Of a stretch of DNA of 64,000 nt, positions 50,281 to 62,065 are shown one piece after another (position 1 is the first letter of the stretch; the number at the start of each line of letters is the position of its first letter). The notes beneath the pieces were generated by a model. It made no database searches. It was not told the DNA's origin and was given only the letters and a program-made list of their open reading frames with translations. Source of the DNA: Lama glama (taxonomy: Eukaryota); the NCBI GenBank assembly GCA_028534125.1, contig CM052817.1:67458001-67522000 (forward strand), in the 5' to 3' direction. A program made the translations under genes and the position numbers.

Positions 50281-53200
50281 TAGCAAATTATTTCACATTG
50301 AGGTGTGAAATCACTACAATAAAAAAACAAAATTTTAGGTCTAAGGAATAAATCCCTAAAATATGAATTTTCAGAATCTGACAAATTAGGAATATTATTT
50401 GACTTTGCAGGGAAACCTTTCTAGAAACCTGGACAAATGATCATTATTCTGCTTACTCTTAAATATAGAAATCTAGTCCTAGTCCACACCAGGTTTCACA
50501 GCTGGACTCTTTCCCCTCCCTCTCTCCCTGTCTCTATCTCTTCATCTATTTTTCTGTCTCTATCTCTGTTTTAGAACATGCTCACACACAAACACACACA
50601 CGCTCATTCTCACTCACACACACACATTGAGACATGCATAGAAAGCATGAAATGGACCTGAAATGGACAACAGTCCTACAGAATTCATCATTCTATCAGT
50701 CTGAAAAGACTGTTTGGTCAGAACATTTGTCTGCCACCATTTTGATAGCAAAATGCCTACTTCATTCTTGGTCAGAATTAGGGAAAGGCCTAATTCTGTT
50801 GGGAAAAGTTAGAGAAGAAATCTTTTGAGCAGCCTGAAAATAGCAGGCGTGACTGAACACTCAAGGTAAATCCCAACGATGCTGAGAAGCAGAGTCTGTG
50901 GCTTCCCTCATTCGGGGCTCTGGTGTGTCACCATGCCACCTCCTACCAAGCTATCCATAAATGCTTCTGCACACCAGGTCTGTGCTTCTTTTAAGATTTC
51001 TACCAACTACTGTCAGATGTGTCAGTTTATTCCTTGTTATAACTTTCTGTTCTGCTGATGGAGACATGTGGCCTAATGGTATAATTCTGCAAGTCCTTTT
51101 CTTTCTACCTACAGCCATGTTTCATCATCTCCTCTGAAGACTATATCCTTTATGAAGTTCTGATTAACACACCTGTTATTGGAAGGTCCACTGTAGATCT
51201 TGAAAAACATGGAGAAATAGTCCAATTACAGAGTATTTAGTATAAAAGCAAGCAAATCACTTCCTTATTTCACTCCAACATTAAGTATTGTGTATTAAGA
51301 AGCACATGCTTTGACAAAAGTTTGCTGCCCTGTGCATCAGGCAGATAGGCCAAAAGACAATCCATCTGCACCTGGAGATCAAACTGATTATGCATTTGAA
51401 TCAAACGAGTAAATTCAGAGCACACCACTGTGCAAGACAACCAGGTATCAAGAAGTTCAAAATTGAATTACAATTTGAAAAATGATCAAATAAATGAAAT
51501 TTATCTTAGTAAATAACTGAACTTAAAAATTATCTAAGCTGTGGCCCTAACTTTGGGCAAGCTAGAATCCCAGGTAGATGGATTGATATTATTTTCGAGT
51601 TAGGTCAGCTCACAATTTTGAATCACTTTATTTGGTGCCTTAATTGCATTGTTTAAAATTTCACCATAACAGACATACAGAAATCTATTTTGAGGCAGTA
51701 CACAAAGAAGTTTATACAAGAAACACTAAAAATTATGGATTAATTTTAAGCAAATAAACTCCCACCCACTAGATAATGAACTAGGTTTGGATAATAGAAG
51801 ATAAGCTGGTATACAAAATATCACCTCTTATTCTGTGAAAACCAATTTTCTTTTCAAGCTTAGTACTGTAATATTGCACCAAAGGAATATGGTGAGCAGT
51901 CCTTCATTCACATTGCCAGACTGCCAGTGGCCATGGAAGAGGAAATACTCTCATGGTCTACACCACCACAAAGAGGGGGCAGGAACAGCTAACACCGCTC
52001 CAGTCCCCACTGCCTTCTTGACCTGGGACAGAGCCTAGGACGTAGGACGTCCTCTTAGCTTCTAAAGAAACTGGAAACATGGGGGCAAGCCTTCTAGTAG
52101 TCTATATCCAAGAGGCTCTAGCACATTAAAATGTGGGAGAAATTCAATATTTATAAACTGTAACTTTCCATTATCAACAAATATTTGAGGTAGTAGCATG
52201 CCCAAGCCTCTTTTTCCCCTTCAAATATTTTATGCATGAAATAGAAAAATGGGTTTTCTATTAGTCTAATCATCATTTTAAAAATTCCCAAATTGGGTCT
52301 TTTTTTGCAACTGTGATGCTTTTCAGATGCTTCTTTGATGTCATTTACAAGGAGATGAAGTTTTCCATGTGAATGATGACCCTGAAGGTTTTCCAGTATC
52401 ATAAGAACCTGGAGTCTGGAACGTCAACCAAAGTAATCTGTCCTTTCTCTGAACTGCCCTAACACTTTGCTACAAATCAACAGACCCCTTGAGTGTAGAG
52501 GCTGCATCCTTAGTACTTAGTCAAATGTCTGAAACAGTAAACATTAAATAAAATCGCTGAATAAACAAATGAATCTGTAGCTCTTCCAAGTATCATACTT
52601 ATTTATATCCATGCCATTTCTGAGACTAGACTCCATCTTCTAATTACATTTATCATTTCCTCTTATTGTAGACATGTAACATGCTTAAAACAGAAATGAA
52701 AATAAAGAAGACCATGAAGAAGTAATTGCCTATAACACAATAACCCAGAGAAAATTATAAATTTTTACTATACATCCTTCCAATATATCTTTACATCAGA
52801 CTTTTTCTAAAAATTATGTTTTGCATATCAATTTGAGTCTGCTAGCTTTTCATTTAAAAACATATGGAGTATAGTTCCCACATTAGCAAGTATCAATCTG
52901 AAAAAAATCATTTAATGGTTAATTAGCATTCCATCATATGGCTGCCTATACTTATTTATACACATTATATAAATAAATATATTGGGCATATGTGTGTTAT
53001 TGCCTATTTTTTATAGGCAAGATAAACAATGCTTTGTATTTTGTAGGTATCCAGTTAGTGTAGATCAATTGTAAAATTGGCTACATTAATGATTCTTAAC
53101 ATAAGGGAATAAGCTGGTGGATTTATTTATTGATATCATAGAACTTTGTAAATATTATACTGACACTCTCTTTCACTAAAAGTTCAATACCAAATGACTT

Positions 53201-54544
53201 CATTAGGAACTGGTACTTGATGTTATTATTCAGAATTGTGGAAGTGAAGTTGAAATGTGAATTTCATAATATTTTTCCTAATAGGGTCTAAATAGGGGTA
53301 AGGGTGGATGAATATCAGATTTCACAATAATGCACCATTCCACAGTGCAGAATACTCAGCAGTATCCATAACAACCGTGATTCTTTAGAGATATTTTAAT
53401 TGCAGCATTCTTTGGAATTGTTGATGGTTTATTGTGACAAAATGAAGACAACATAAGGAAGAATATTTATTGATAAATGGGTTTCCAACCAAGATGATGG
53501 AGAAAACGCTTTATAGTCTGCTTTTCTGACAAGGCAATAACTGTATCTGAAAGGAAAAAGATGTAAGGTACTGTTTCTATGCTATCCATAAGAAGAAAAG
53601 AATTATGTCAAGCACACTGAGTAAAAAGAATGTCACCTTCAGGCCCCAAACAATTGAATCTAGGAAACTAAAGAAATTTAAATATACATATATCGGTCAA
53701 TCAGCCAGAAAAAAAAAACACTACAAAAAAATCAAAATCATTTCAAATTCGAATTTTAGTACTGATTTCTTTTGTTGGTTAACACGGCATTTCATGACAC
53801 AACTGAATGTGGCCAGAAATTACTCCTGCATTCAAAACAACAATATTACTTGCCTATGCATAAGAGAATGTGTATGGGTCATCTAATTAACACTAATTAG
53901 CATTCTGGGTTTTTTTTAATATACTCTGAATTATTGGATACTGATACTGATAGTCAAGTCACAGTGGTACTGGGAATAGAGATATAGCTTAAGGAAAAGC
54001 TGCTAAGGAGCCTACTGGAAGTCTTATGAAAAAATTCATGAAGACAGATAGGATAGTAGAAACAGGGGTTAAGTATTTTACTCTCTTCAGGAGTGTGGAT
54101 GGAGGATGAGTAGAAAGGAGAAGAAGGAAAAATTAACCATGAGGAATAAGTCCAGCTACTAAGATCAAAGAAGTTAGAGGATAAAAGAAATACAGTGTGT
54201 CATTAGTTTTCTTATGTGAAACTAAGAAAAAAAAACTAAAAAGGTGACTGACATCTGTGTACAAAATAATATCATGTAGCAACCCGGAGTGTCCTACAGA
54301 GCCCTTTGTTACGATGTGTACATATCTCTACCAACATTAAAGCATCCTTGTTTTCGGCAGTCACCTGACATCTATTTGCCTGAGATCTAAAAATTCAGTT
54401 GTAAAGAATTTATGAAAACATTTACTTTGGGGAAAACATCACCAAAATCTACTGCAAAATGTAATCACTTGATGCAAACTTTATCAACATTTTTCCATGC
54501 TTAATAAGACTTACCCAAAACTATCTTGGAAAATGACTTTCTAT

Positions 54545-54883
54545 TTCTAGATGAAAGTTTATTTTCAGTTTCTAAGGAATAAACTTGCTTTCGACAATTT
54601 CATTATCAGTCCAGCCATGGTGAGAGACTTCATTTTGTGCGCTCCCTTGAGTTTTCATTTTAGCATATATTTCACATTTCACCCAGTGTGGCAAAGATAA
54701 ACTATATGTTATCAATCCTGCTTCCTCCCCTGGTACCCAGGGAGACTCTATGGCCCAAGCACCGTTGCAGTCAGGGTAGGGTTGTATTCCTGCGTCCTGT
54801 AGGAAGATTTTTGAGTGAAAGATTCTGTACCTCTTCCAAGACTGACCCCGAGTTCCTCTCATTCACTCTTTGCTTGTTGCCAT
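54545..54883 (-). other. Candidate terminal exon of an unidentified minus-strand transcript
   Basis: Acceptor gtttctttccttcag| with the exon starting at 54883. One frame ends GNKQRVNERNSGSVLEEVQNLSLKNLPTGRRNTTLP* (stop at 54771-54773). AATAAA at 54558-54563. No protein recognised. Confidence 0.25.
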
Positions 54884-55649
54884 CTGAAGGAAAGAAACCT
54901 GTAGAGAACTTCAAAGAAGGCCTGGAAGACAGCAGTGCCACGCTTGGAAAGAGCCAAGATTCGGTAATCATTATGCAAAAGGCCACACATCAAATATCCA
55001 ACCATGATACCATCCAGAAATAAACACTTATTTTGCTAAGTTCCTGAGATTCAGGGGTTGTTCTGACAGCCACTAGCATTGATCGTCCACCAATAACAAA
55101 CCTGCCCTTAAAGGTTTTCCTGTTGACATTACTGACTGTGTATTTAAGTGTTAGGTTTCGTAGTTTGAAGGGCATTTTGTACTGATTGTTCTCTTCAGGA
55201 ATTTGGGAAATTTTATTATTGAGTTCAAAGGAAATAACTAAAATAATAAATGGGTTGCTCACACCACATTAGTAACTGAACTGCCTTGTAACCAACCAAG
55301 GACTCTGCATATTTATTCCTCCTGAATATCAGTTCTCTAAACTACCTCAGGAGTTAAATATTCTGAAATATGTTGTTTGATTCAGTTCACAGCTAAGCGA
55401 TAATAGTGCTCCCTGATTACTCATCTAATCCAGCAGCTTAACAGAATAGAGAGAACTACTTTCCTTTTTTTTTTTTTTCAGATGGTTTAATACTGTATAA
55501 AAGAACTACGGATATTTTGGAATTGGAATGGACCTTAAAGACTATATAATTATGCACTTTTCAGGTGACCAAACTGTGCTTTAAGAGAGGTTAAGGGATT
55601 TGAATAAGAACTCAGAACTGGCTAGCAGCAGAGCTGAGTACTATAATCT

Positions 55650-56230
55650 GCTGAATGCCCAATTACATTCCTATCTGCAACTGTTTTTTGACACCATGTC
55701 AATCTCAGGACTTTCAACACCCACAGTCCATTCTAAGGGATACTGGCCAGTCCACAGACAAATCTTGTTCAACTTGACTCACTGGCCACACATCCCTTTC
55801 CTATTTGTCCCAGCTGAGTAGCCAAAGAGTGGACCCCCAACTCAAGAATAGCCAATCCATAGACTGACCAGCAATCTAGATTGAGATCTGGTGCATAAAG
55901 ATGAAACAGTCCCGTGCTCTTTGGAATCTGAATAGGGAAACATGGAAAGCCTCAATCAGTTAGCACTAGGATCTGACATGAGAAGTACAAATAAAGAGAG
56001 GGAGAGACTGAAGTAGGTCAGGGCCACCTGGGATCATGTCAAGGCCAAGTTAGAAGTGGGGAATTAATATTTGCAGATAATTGAGATTCCACTAGAGGAA
56101 GACATTAGAACCAGTGCTGCCAAAGTTCCCTAGGTTCCTGGTGTCTACCCTGGCCCCTTCCAGTACCAGTCAATAAGCTCTCTGTACCTTCTGCTGACCT
56201 AGATGAGAAACTGTCTTTACAACTGAAAAA
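55650..56230 (+). mobile_element. Old ERVL-type LTR relic
   Basis: 'tggacccccaactcaag..agccaatccatagactgaccagc', 'ggaatctgaat', and end 'caataagctctc..ctgacctagatgag..tttacaac'. Confidence 0.4.
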
Positions 56231-56299
56231 AAATTGTATGTGAAAGAGAAACACTTAAATACATCCTTCAACTTAATGCTTACGAAAAAATATACAATT

Positions 56300-57430
56300 C
56301 TATGTGGGAATAAATCACAAAATAAAATATCAAAATAAGCATTTAAAGTTTTAAATTTAATGTGTAGCAAAAACGCAAACAAAATTAAAGGGCATACAAA
56401 TTGAGTATGGATATTTACTAAAACCATATCGCAAAAATGGTAAATAATTTTACTGTATAAAGAGAACATACATATTGATAAGAAAAACGCTAATGCTCTA
56501 ATGAGATAATATGAAAAGATAAGGGACTAACAGTTCATAAGAGAAGATACAGAAAAAGCTGACTAGGATATGAAAATATATTTCACTTCACTAATGAGAC
56601 AAGAAATAAGTCAATTACAAAATATAATTTTTACTTATCAAATTATCAAATATATATCAAGTATGTTAATAATACACTGAGAGTGGTTTGGTGAGAAATA
56701 TGATCCTAGCACATTGCCAGTGCATTTGTGAATAGAGAGGAACGTTCTGGAAAACAAGGCAGCACATCTAGAGCTGTCAAAATGTTTATTCACAGTGACC
56801 CAATAATCGATATATGTTCAGAAGTGTAAACATAGATTTATATTAACATTTTATTAGCATTTATCATACTTTATTGCAACTGGTTGTTTTTATAGGCTAT
56901 CCTCCTCATTTATTCACTTGGGTACCTCCAAAGCCTGACACAGCACCTGGCATACGGTCCCTGACACATAAAAGGCATTTGGTAACAATTTGTTGAATGA
57001 ACAAATAAATAAGAGGAAGAAAGGGAGACAGTCTCCACAGGATAATCTGAAACAAAGTATTAGGGAAAAAAAGTATCTTATGACTGGTTAAGTAATATAT
57101 AGCACACATATCAAATTGGATACCATGTGTAAGCATTAAAATTGTTTATGAAGTTCTTAATACAAGAAATTATTTAAAAGGGTAATGAAAAAGTAAAATA
57201 TAGCACTGTATGTATCATATGCTCTCAACTATGCTAAAATGTGCATGCATATGTGAAGATGATTAAAAATGCACTAATACATAACTATTGGTCAAATTCG
57301 GACAAATACATATAATGGTCAAATCTGGATGAGAGGCTTCTAAATGACTCACTTTCTTTACGCTTTTCAATATTTTCCAGTCTTTTTATATTATTATATA
57401 TTACTTTCTTAATTAGAACATAGCATTAAA
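56300..57430 (+). mobile_element. L1ME-like 3' region with an inserted L2 tail (~56920-57010)
   Basis: 'aacagttcataagagaaga..ttcacttcactaat', 'ttctggaaaacaa..gtgacccaataat'. L2 tail 'gcacctggcat..atttgttgaatgaac'. Confidence 0.6.
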
Positions 57431-57450
57431 TTTTATTTTTAAGCTGCCTC

Positions 57451-58083
57451 TAAGGCAGTGCCAGATCTATTCAACCAATTGAACAGAATGTTCAGAACTG
57501 CACTCTTTCTGTGAATATTTGATAAGTGCTAAGTGATGATGACGGTCATTAAAACGGCATTTTTTTGTCTATTCAAAATGACAGACAAAAATTCGAGGAG
57601 TTTTCAGCACAGCTTAAAGGACAGAGAAGACATTCTCAGGTGATGTTTGAGAGCAGCTTTAAGAATAATATAGGAATAAAGGGTTAAAATGGCTTTTTAA
57701 CTTAATAAGATAGAATATGCAGAATGCATGACAAAGTGTCTAGTACACAACAGACATTCAATTCATATCAGTTCTCTTTCCTTACTTGTGCTCTCACTAA
57801 TCAATTTAGTTTCAGCTTAATTCAGGACTCATTGGTTTCACTGACCTCCTCCTCGTATCTCCCACCCCTTTACTTCCAAAACACCCAGTCTTGTGCCAAG
57901 ATATATATATATAAGGCAGCGCCTCTTCTGTTCAACCGATTTAACAGAATGTTCATAATTGTACTCTTTCTGTGACTATCTGATGATGCTAATTGATGAT
58001 GATAGTCATTAACAATGGCTTTTGGGGGTTATGTGTATCAGCATGTTCAAAATGACAGACAAAAACATTCCACGGATTTTCAG
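57451..58083. repeat. Diverged direct duplication (~160 bp; copies 57451-57607 and 57912-58083)
   Basis: Shared collinear blocks taaggcag, ttcaacc, aacagaatgttca, actctttctgtga, tgatgatga, gtcattaa, ttcaaaatgacagacaaaaa, ttttcag. Confidence 0.9.
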
Positions 58084-59545
58084 AATGGAGGGATATAATA
58101 TATCCCCCCAGAACCAGGAAATGGAAACCCTAGAAGAGGACTGGTTAGCATCAGGGAGCTCAGATTTGTATTTTGGACATTATCCTTCAACATGGTACCT
58201 CTGCAGGAGTCTGTGTGTGTCCTTCCGTAAATCAGCTGCTACCTACAGTGGTCACCACTGCTCCCTGCCCAGCTTTGTAGTTATGTCTTGGGTGTGATAC
58301 ATCACTCCAATTACCCCTACCTGTATATTTGACTGCATTACTTCTGCATATTCTGACTGTTACTGTGTTTCCAAGGCATCTAACTTCATGCTCATACACC
58401 TACTCACAGACTTATAGTTAGCTGAATGTACATTAATTTTCTCCTGTTGTGTGTCAGATATTCCATGTAAATGTCTATAGATAATTATCATCTCCAGTCA
58501 GAGAGACTTCTTTTAGAAAGAAAATGTCCTATTTCTTCCTAATGCATTAATGGAAAAGAATCATGAGTAATGACACAGATGTCCCAAATATTCAACACGC
58601 CAGTGGTATCTGATGCCATCTGTATCTATTCACCCAATTTGAAGCACGTATCTATGACCAATTCCCTGACTTGCTGCATCATTCTAGGATGCACTCTTAA
58701 TTGAAATTCAATACAAAATGACAACTGTCTTTTCAATATGGAAAAAAAAACATAAGCACTTGAATATTACTGATCATGGATGACATTGCCATCCTGCCAC
58801 CTCTATCTACGTCCCATTTTATCTGCCTGCCTTCATAAATTTAACTGTTCACATTGTCACTTGTATACTCCTTTGCATTGCTGTTAGTAAACAAAATTTC
58901 TTTTCTCCTTACTATATTTCAGCCATGGTATGTTGTCTGCCTGGTAAATAGTAAACATTATTATTTTAAAATCATGATAAAAGTCTAAAAGTTTCTGCTC
59001 TGGGCTTTGATACCCATAGCCTTTATTCTTTTGTTTCTCTCTCTGGGTTCCCTCCATTCCCTTCCATTACCACATCTTTTATTGCCTGGCCTGAGAAGTT
59101 GAGATGACATCCCTGAGACCCTAGGCTGGGAAGACAAAGCAATGCCCCTTGCATATTTCTTCATTAGTACAAGGGAGCAGAGCATAGGTGCCCCCAGGAG
59201 CAGGCCCTCCTCACCAACTCAGAACACTTCAGTTCCCTAACCCTAAACCCGTAATCCCAGTTAACTAAATCCCAAATGCTTGCCAATAGTTCAGAATAAA
59301 GATACTCCCACAGACAAAAGAACGAGGGAGGGAAATCCTCCTAGAATCCTATTATCAAGAGCTTCCTATCTATCAAGAGTAGTAGGTGTCACCGCCAGAC
59401 TCTGCCACATATAGAGGAAGCTTCCACATGTGGTTGAGTCATCACATATGCAATACATCCTACTAGGAGAATTTTCTGTGGCAGAATACCATTGGGGTGG
59501 GTTACTAGTGTTTTTTTGTATGACAGTGTGTTCCATGAGTATCTT

Positions 59546-59662
59546 GGGGAGGTGGGGGAGGTAACCAGGTTTAATTACTTATTTTAATGGTAGTACTGGG
59601 GACTGAACCCAGGACCTCATGCTTGCTAGGCAGGCAATCTACCACTAAGCTATACCCCCACC
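59546..59662 (-). mobile_element. tRNA-derived camelid SINE (Vic-1-like)
   Basis: The minus strand reads gggtatagcttagtggtaga..aggtcctgggttcagtccccagtac..aaacctggttacctcccc. TSD tcc(a)tgagtatctt at 59532-59545 and tct(g)tgagtatctt at 59663-59676. Confidence 0.9.
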
Positions 59663-61469
59663 TCTGTGAGTATCTTTAACACAAAACTCCTACTCAATCA
59701 AAGCTTAAATAGCCCATACATAGGCATGTTCTTCTCTCCCTGCAGCATTTTTCAGCCATTGCTAGGACTTCTGGAGAAGAGAAGAATGGCTTCCCCTAGG
59801 TGGAGTTCTGGGAGGGTTAAGTAACTATCCACTGATTTATTGTGGTTCATATCAGAAGACTGGACTTCTAGTAGATAATATTCATATAGCCACTGCCTGC
59901 TGAAAATTTAACAGCCCAGCGATTGAATGGTCTGTGGTCAAGGCCTTAGAAAAGTGAGTGGTGGCCTTGCAGAGATGCAAGCCACTTAATCAATAAACAG
60001 AGCTCCAGAAAGCCAAACAGGAGACAGCTGGCACCTTGACATTCTATTTTGATGGTGGTTTCATTAAATTTTGGAAAATGCATACTTGACTTAAGCTTTA
60101 CATGCTGAGAGTTGAATGAAAGAGGCAAACACACTATATTTGCCTTGTGCTAAAAGAGTATGTTTGGAGAAAACCTGATTCTGTAACAATAACCACTACA
60201 TACACTCAGATGTGAAAATGAGTAGCTAGATTTATAGATTAATTAATGATAAATATGTGCAGAGAAATTAGGAGCTTAGACACTCAGCCCACATATCATT
60301 TTCTTTTAACTAACAGGGCACTTGTTGAAATTCCTGCAAGCATGTTTCCTTGAGTTTCTAATGAAAATAATTTGGTTCATTTTCCAAATTACTTCTCTCA
60401 CAAGCCAGAGGAAATTTACCTTGCTAAGGAAATCATACATACCACGCTAAAGAAATACAACATACAGGGTAAACTGAATAATGACCTATTCTTAAAAGGA
60501 GAGAGTTTTACTAAATAGGATTGAACCAATGTACCTTTCAATCAATCATTATATTTATAATATTAAGAACATGAATATGCATGAAAACTATAAACATCCA
60601 AAGATTGCCCACAGTTGCTAATGTGTTTTGACAGAACTGTAATTTTGCTATTTGACAAGAGCTACAGGTAGTCATAAAGTACAAACTGTGGGCTGACTGT
60701 TTTCTATGCTGTACAAAGGAAAACAGAAAGAAAAACAATCTCATTGAATCAGGATCGAAAAGCATAGATGAAGGGTATTTAGTCCTTAGCAATGTGCTAG
60801 TTCTCAAAAATACTTTTAAAAAATGTCAAATAAAGCCAATTCTAATTATTCATATGAATGAAGAAGAATTAACACTTAAGGTGAATTTTAACTATAGATA
60901 TGCATAATTATGTATCTGTTGTATTGACTTCTATGTGCTCTTATGAATGCAGATAAGAACATGTAGATTTCATTGTTTTTGCTAAGTAATGTTGATTACA
61001 TAATTATTGGTATTTTTTAATTATCTCACTTTCACATTGAACATCAATGTATTTTTCCTTTTTCTACCATAAAAACAACACATACAAATGAAACAGCTTA
61101 GAATATATATACAATATGAGTACAGTTGTTTATCATTACTATAAATTCCAATTCCAGGGTCTCTTAGAATGAGAATATTCCTGAGTTATATAAGGGTTAA
61201 AAGATAGAAATACTCTTATCAAATCCCCACCCCGCCTACTTTCTCTCTGAAGTTATCAGAAAACTTATCATCTGTCAAAATAAACATGTAAGGTCAGAAA
61301 GGATAGCATTGAAAAATGGCATACACTTTTTCTGGACTAAACAACTTTAAAAGTATTCTTAAAATCTTGGTCATTATTCAATTCACCTTGGCAGTGACTT
61401 ATTCTTATATAAAAGGACCTGTTTGACAGTTGCACACGTGTGTAAAAACATTAAAACTGTTACTACTAC

Positions 61470-61700
61470 TAATAGCTAATATTTGAAAATTTAGCCTATG
61501 TCAAGCACTGTGTTAAGTACTATACATATGTTTTACTCAGCCAAACACACAACGAGGGGGCAGTCTTATTATCCCCAATTCATATATGAAAATATTTAAA
61601 ATCAAGAGTCTAAGTAACTAGCACAATGTTTCTCAACATTATTTAGTTTGAAATGCACACAGTCAGAGGGACTCCAAGATCATACTTTTAACTACTGTGC
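61470..61700 (-). mobile_element. MIR SINE
   Basis: 'aatagctaat..ctatgtcaagcactgtgttaag..attatccccaatt..taagtaactagcacaa..actccaa'. Confidence 0.65.
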
Positions 61701-61736
61701 TCTTACCTGGTAGATAAATATGCTGCAGATACAATA

Positions 61737-61903
61737 TTTAAAGTATAGTTGATTTACAATAATGTGTTAGTGTCAAGTGTACAGCAAAATGATTCTATAA
61801 TACATATATATGTATACATCTACACTCTTTTAAAATTCTTTTCCATTATAGCTTATTATAAGATATTGAATATAATTCCCTGTGCTATACAGTAAATCCT
61901 TGA
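61737..61903 (-). mobile_element. L1 3'-UTR terminal fragment
   Basis: 'aagtatagttgatttacaat..gtgtacagcaaaatgatt..gatattgaatataattccctgtgctatacagta'. Confidence 0.88.
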
Positions 61904-61969
61904 TGCTTCTTCTGGTACCTTTTTAACACTCCTGAATAACCTGAACACCTTCCACTGGTTACTTCTTGT

Positions 61970-62065
61970 TTGACAGTGTCCCTTTTAAAAAGTGGTACCA
62001 GAACTGACAAGCACATCGGGCGTTCCCTGACCTCTGTAGAGGGCAGTAAGGCTACTTCGTCCCAG
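61970..62065 (-). mobile_element. Possible CR1/L3 fragment
   Basis: 'gtgtcccttttaaaaagtggtaccagaactga..ctgacc' resembles the antisense CR1 block gtccctcttaaaatgtggtgcccagaactga. Confidence 0.4.

Noticed and set aside
57530..57660. Box C/D snoRNA suggested by GTGATGA in the duplicated unit
   Set aside because: There is no CTGA D box at a suitable distance and no terminal stem.
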